From positions 1-22,654 of the forward strand of contig NW_021836798.1 of NCBI RefSeq assembly GCF_006345805.1: 22,654 bases of DNA, written 5' to 3'. Numbering within the stretch: the stretch's first letter is position 1; every line of letters starts with the position of its first letter. This document shows positions 21,501 to 22,654 of the stretch, piece after piece. This DNA is from Octopus sinensis. Its lineage: Eukaryota. The position numbers and the translations under genes were made by a program. Below the pieces are notes generated by a model. It was not told the DNA's origin, did no database searches, and saw only the letters and a list, made by a program, of their open reading frames with translations.

Positions 21501-21831
21501 TGTTTCCGGAAAGTAAAATATACGATAAACATGTGCAATCCTGATCTTTAATTTCTTCGTTGTAAAGCGATCGATACATATAACACGGGCCATTACAATA
21601 GCTAAAATATTCACACTCATCGCTGGAAATACACAGACTCGCACATTCCAAACGAGATGACGCGGTTTTTGTAGTTTTATTCTCATCAATTAAGCATTTT
21701 GATGTTGTGGTTTTTTTGAAGTGACCTTCTCTATTCGTTGGTTCTCCGGCAGTTACAAGAGTCACGAAAAGCAAAAGTGTCAAAGCTGGCAGCAGAAGAA
21801 GAATCGAATGGTACTGAATTGTTGTCTCCAT
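21501..21831 (-). CDS. First coding exon: signal peptide plus PAN/Apple-like Cys-rich module
   Basis: Acceptor tatttttcag|GAATG. Hydrophobic ILLLLPALTLLLFVTLVTA with a likely VTA|GE cleavage. C46..SRLECASLC67..C73EYFSYC79..C83 pattern. Donor CA|gtatgt at 21500 (unspliced ORF stops at 21493). Confidence 0.85.
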
Positions 21832-21897
21832 TCCTGAAAAATATACAAGTATACATACTTACATACTACATAAATACATTCCTGAAAAAATAACAAG

Positions 21898-21941
21898 TAT
21901 TATATATATATATATAGATATATATTATATATATTATATAA

Positions 21942-22004
<63 letters not shown>

Positions 22005-22092
22005 CATTTATACATTTATATACATATATGTATATATAGTTATATACTTATATACATATATACAGTTATATATATATACATATATATATGCA
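21898..22092. repeat. (TA)n-rich microsatellite
   Basis: Direct read. Confidence 0.95.
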
Positions 22093-22099
22093 TTTATAA

Positions 22100-22654
22100 G
22101 CATGATGATAAATGATGGCCGGCCACTCGTAACCGATGAAGACCGTTGCTGACCTTCAGGAACATTGTGCACTCTTGGACTAACTTATATTTTGCATTTG
22201 CAGCTCTGTTCGTGGCTAATGAGTCCTGCTCTTGACAAGCATACACGACTGCAAACATTGCAGACCAAACTTTCTCTATTCACTACACCAGCCATGTGCT
22301 TTCGAGCAGCACGCTTAAGTCCTTCATGCTGAATACGTGCTCTCTCAAAGGTGCCGACCCCTTCCTTAACCTGCTTCTTCCATCTTTTGACATGACAGGC
22401 ATTGCTCTCCCAGACTGTCTCCTGCATATCACAAGCCTTTAATGAGGACTTGACACAGTCATTAAATCACAGCCTTTTCCGCTCACAAGTTCCCCGTATA
22501 GCATCTGTTTAGGGATCCTGCTATCCTTCATTCTAATAAGGTGTCTAGTCCAACGAACAGGGCTTAACATCGTCGCCTCAATCCCAGGACGTCAGCTTTC
22601 CTCAAGACCTGTGTGCTTGAGGTTTTAAGGTCGAGCCAACATTCAGAATGTGTC
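22100..22654 (-). mobile_element. RTE-clade LINE 3' end (runs off the window)
   Basis: WTRHLIRMKDSRIPKQMLYGEL, DCVKSSLKAC, WE..A....W...VKEG...FE, LVCNVCSRVCLSRAGLISHEQSC (terminal zinc finger); short (CAT)n-like tail about 22101-22116. Confidence 0.9.

Noticed and set aside
21493-21831. Standalone 112-aa single-exon toxin-like peptide
   Set aside because: A GTATGT donor just before the stop and four downstream exons fit a longer gene; a short isoform cannot be excluded.

Overview
Repeat-dense, AT-rich eukaryotic DNA, most likely octopus/coleoid cephalopod (inferred from the tRNA-derived SINE families, the huge TATG/TA/AGAT microsatellites and C2H2 zinc-finger remnants). Almost all ORFs in the supplied track are microsatellite artefacts. 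The real content is: (1) a five-coding-exon minus-strand gene (21831 to 15639) for a secreted protein of about 239 aa, with a signal peptide, a PAN/Apple-like Cys module and a Trp-patterned C-terminal domain; exons 2 and 4 are each 1 nt short of frame (assembly error or young pseudogene). (2) A 3.6-kb nested inverted-repeat structure (10029-13646) carrying Penelope-type minimal hammerhead ribozyme motifs, two with a compensatory U3:A8 core. (3) Fragments of four non-LTR retrotransposon clades (CR1-like, R4/Dong-like, CRE-like, RTE-like). (4) A complete MITE with an 8-bp TSD and a G4 motif. (5) SINEs with internal tandem amplifications. (6) Two convergent C2H2 zinc-finger remnants. Family names come from recalled motifs, not database searches.
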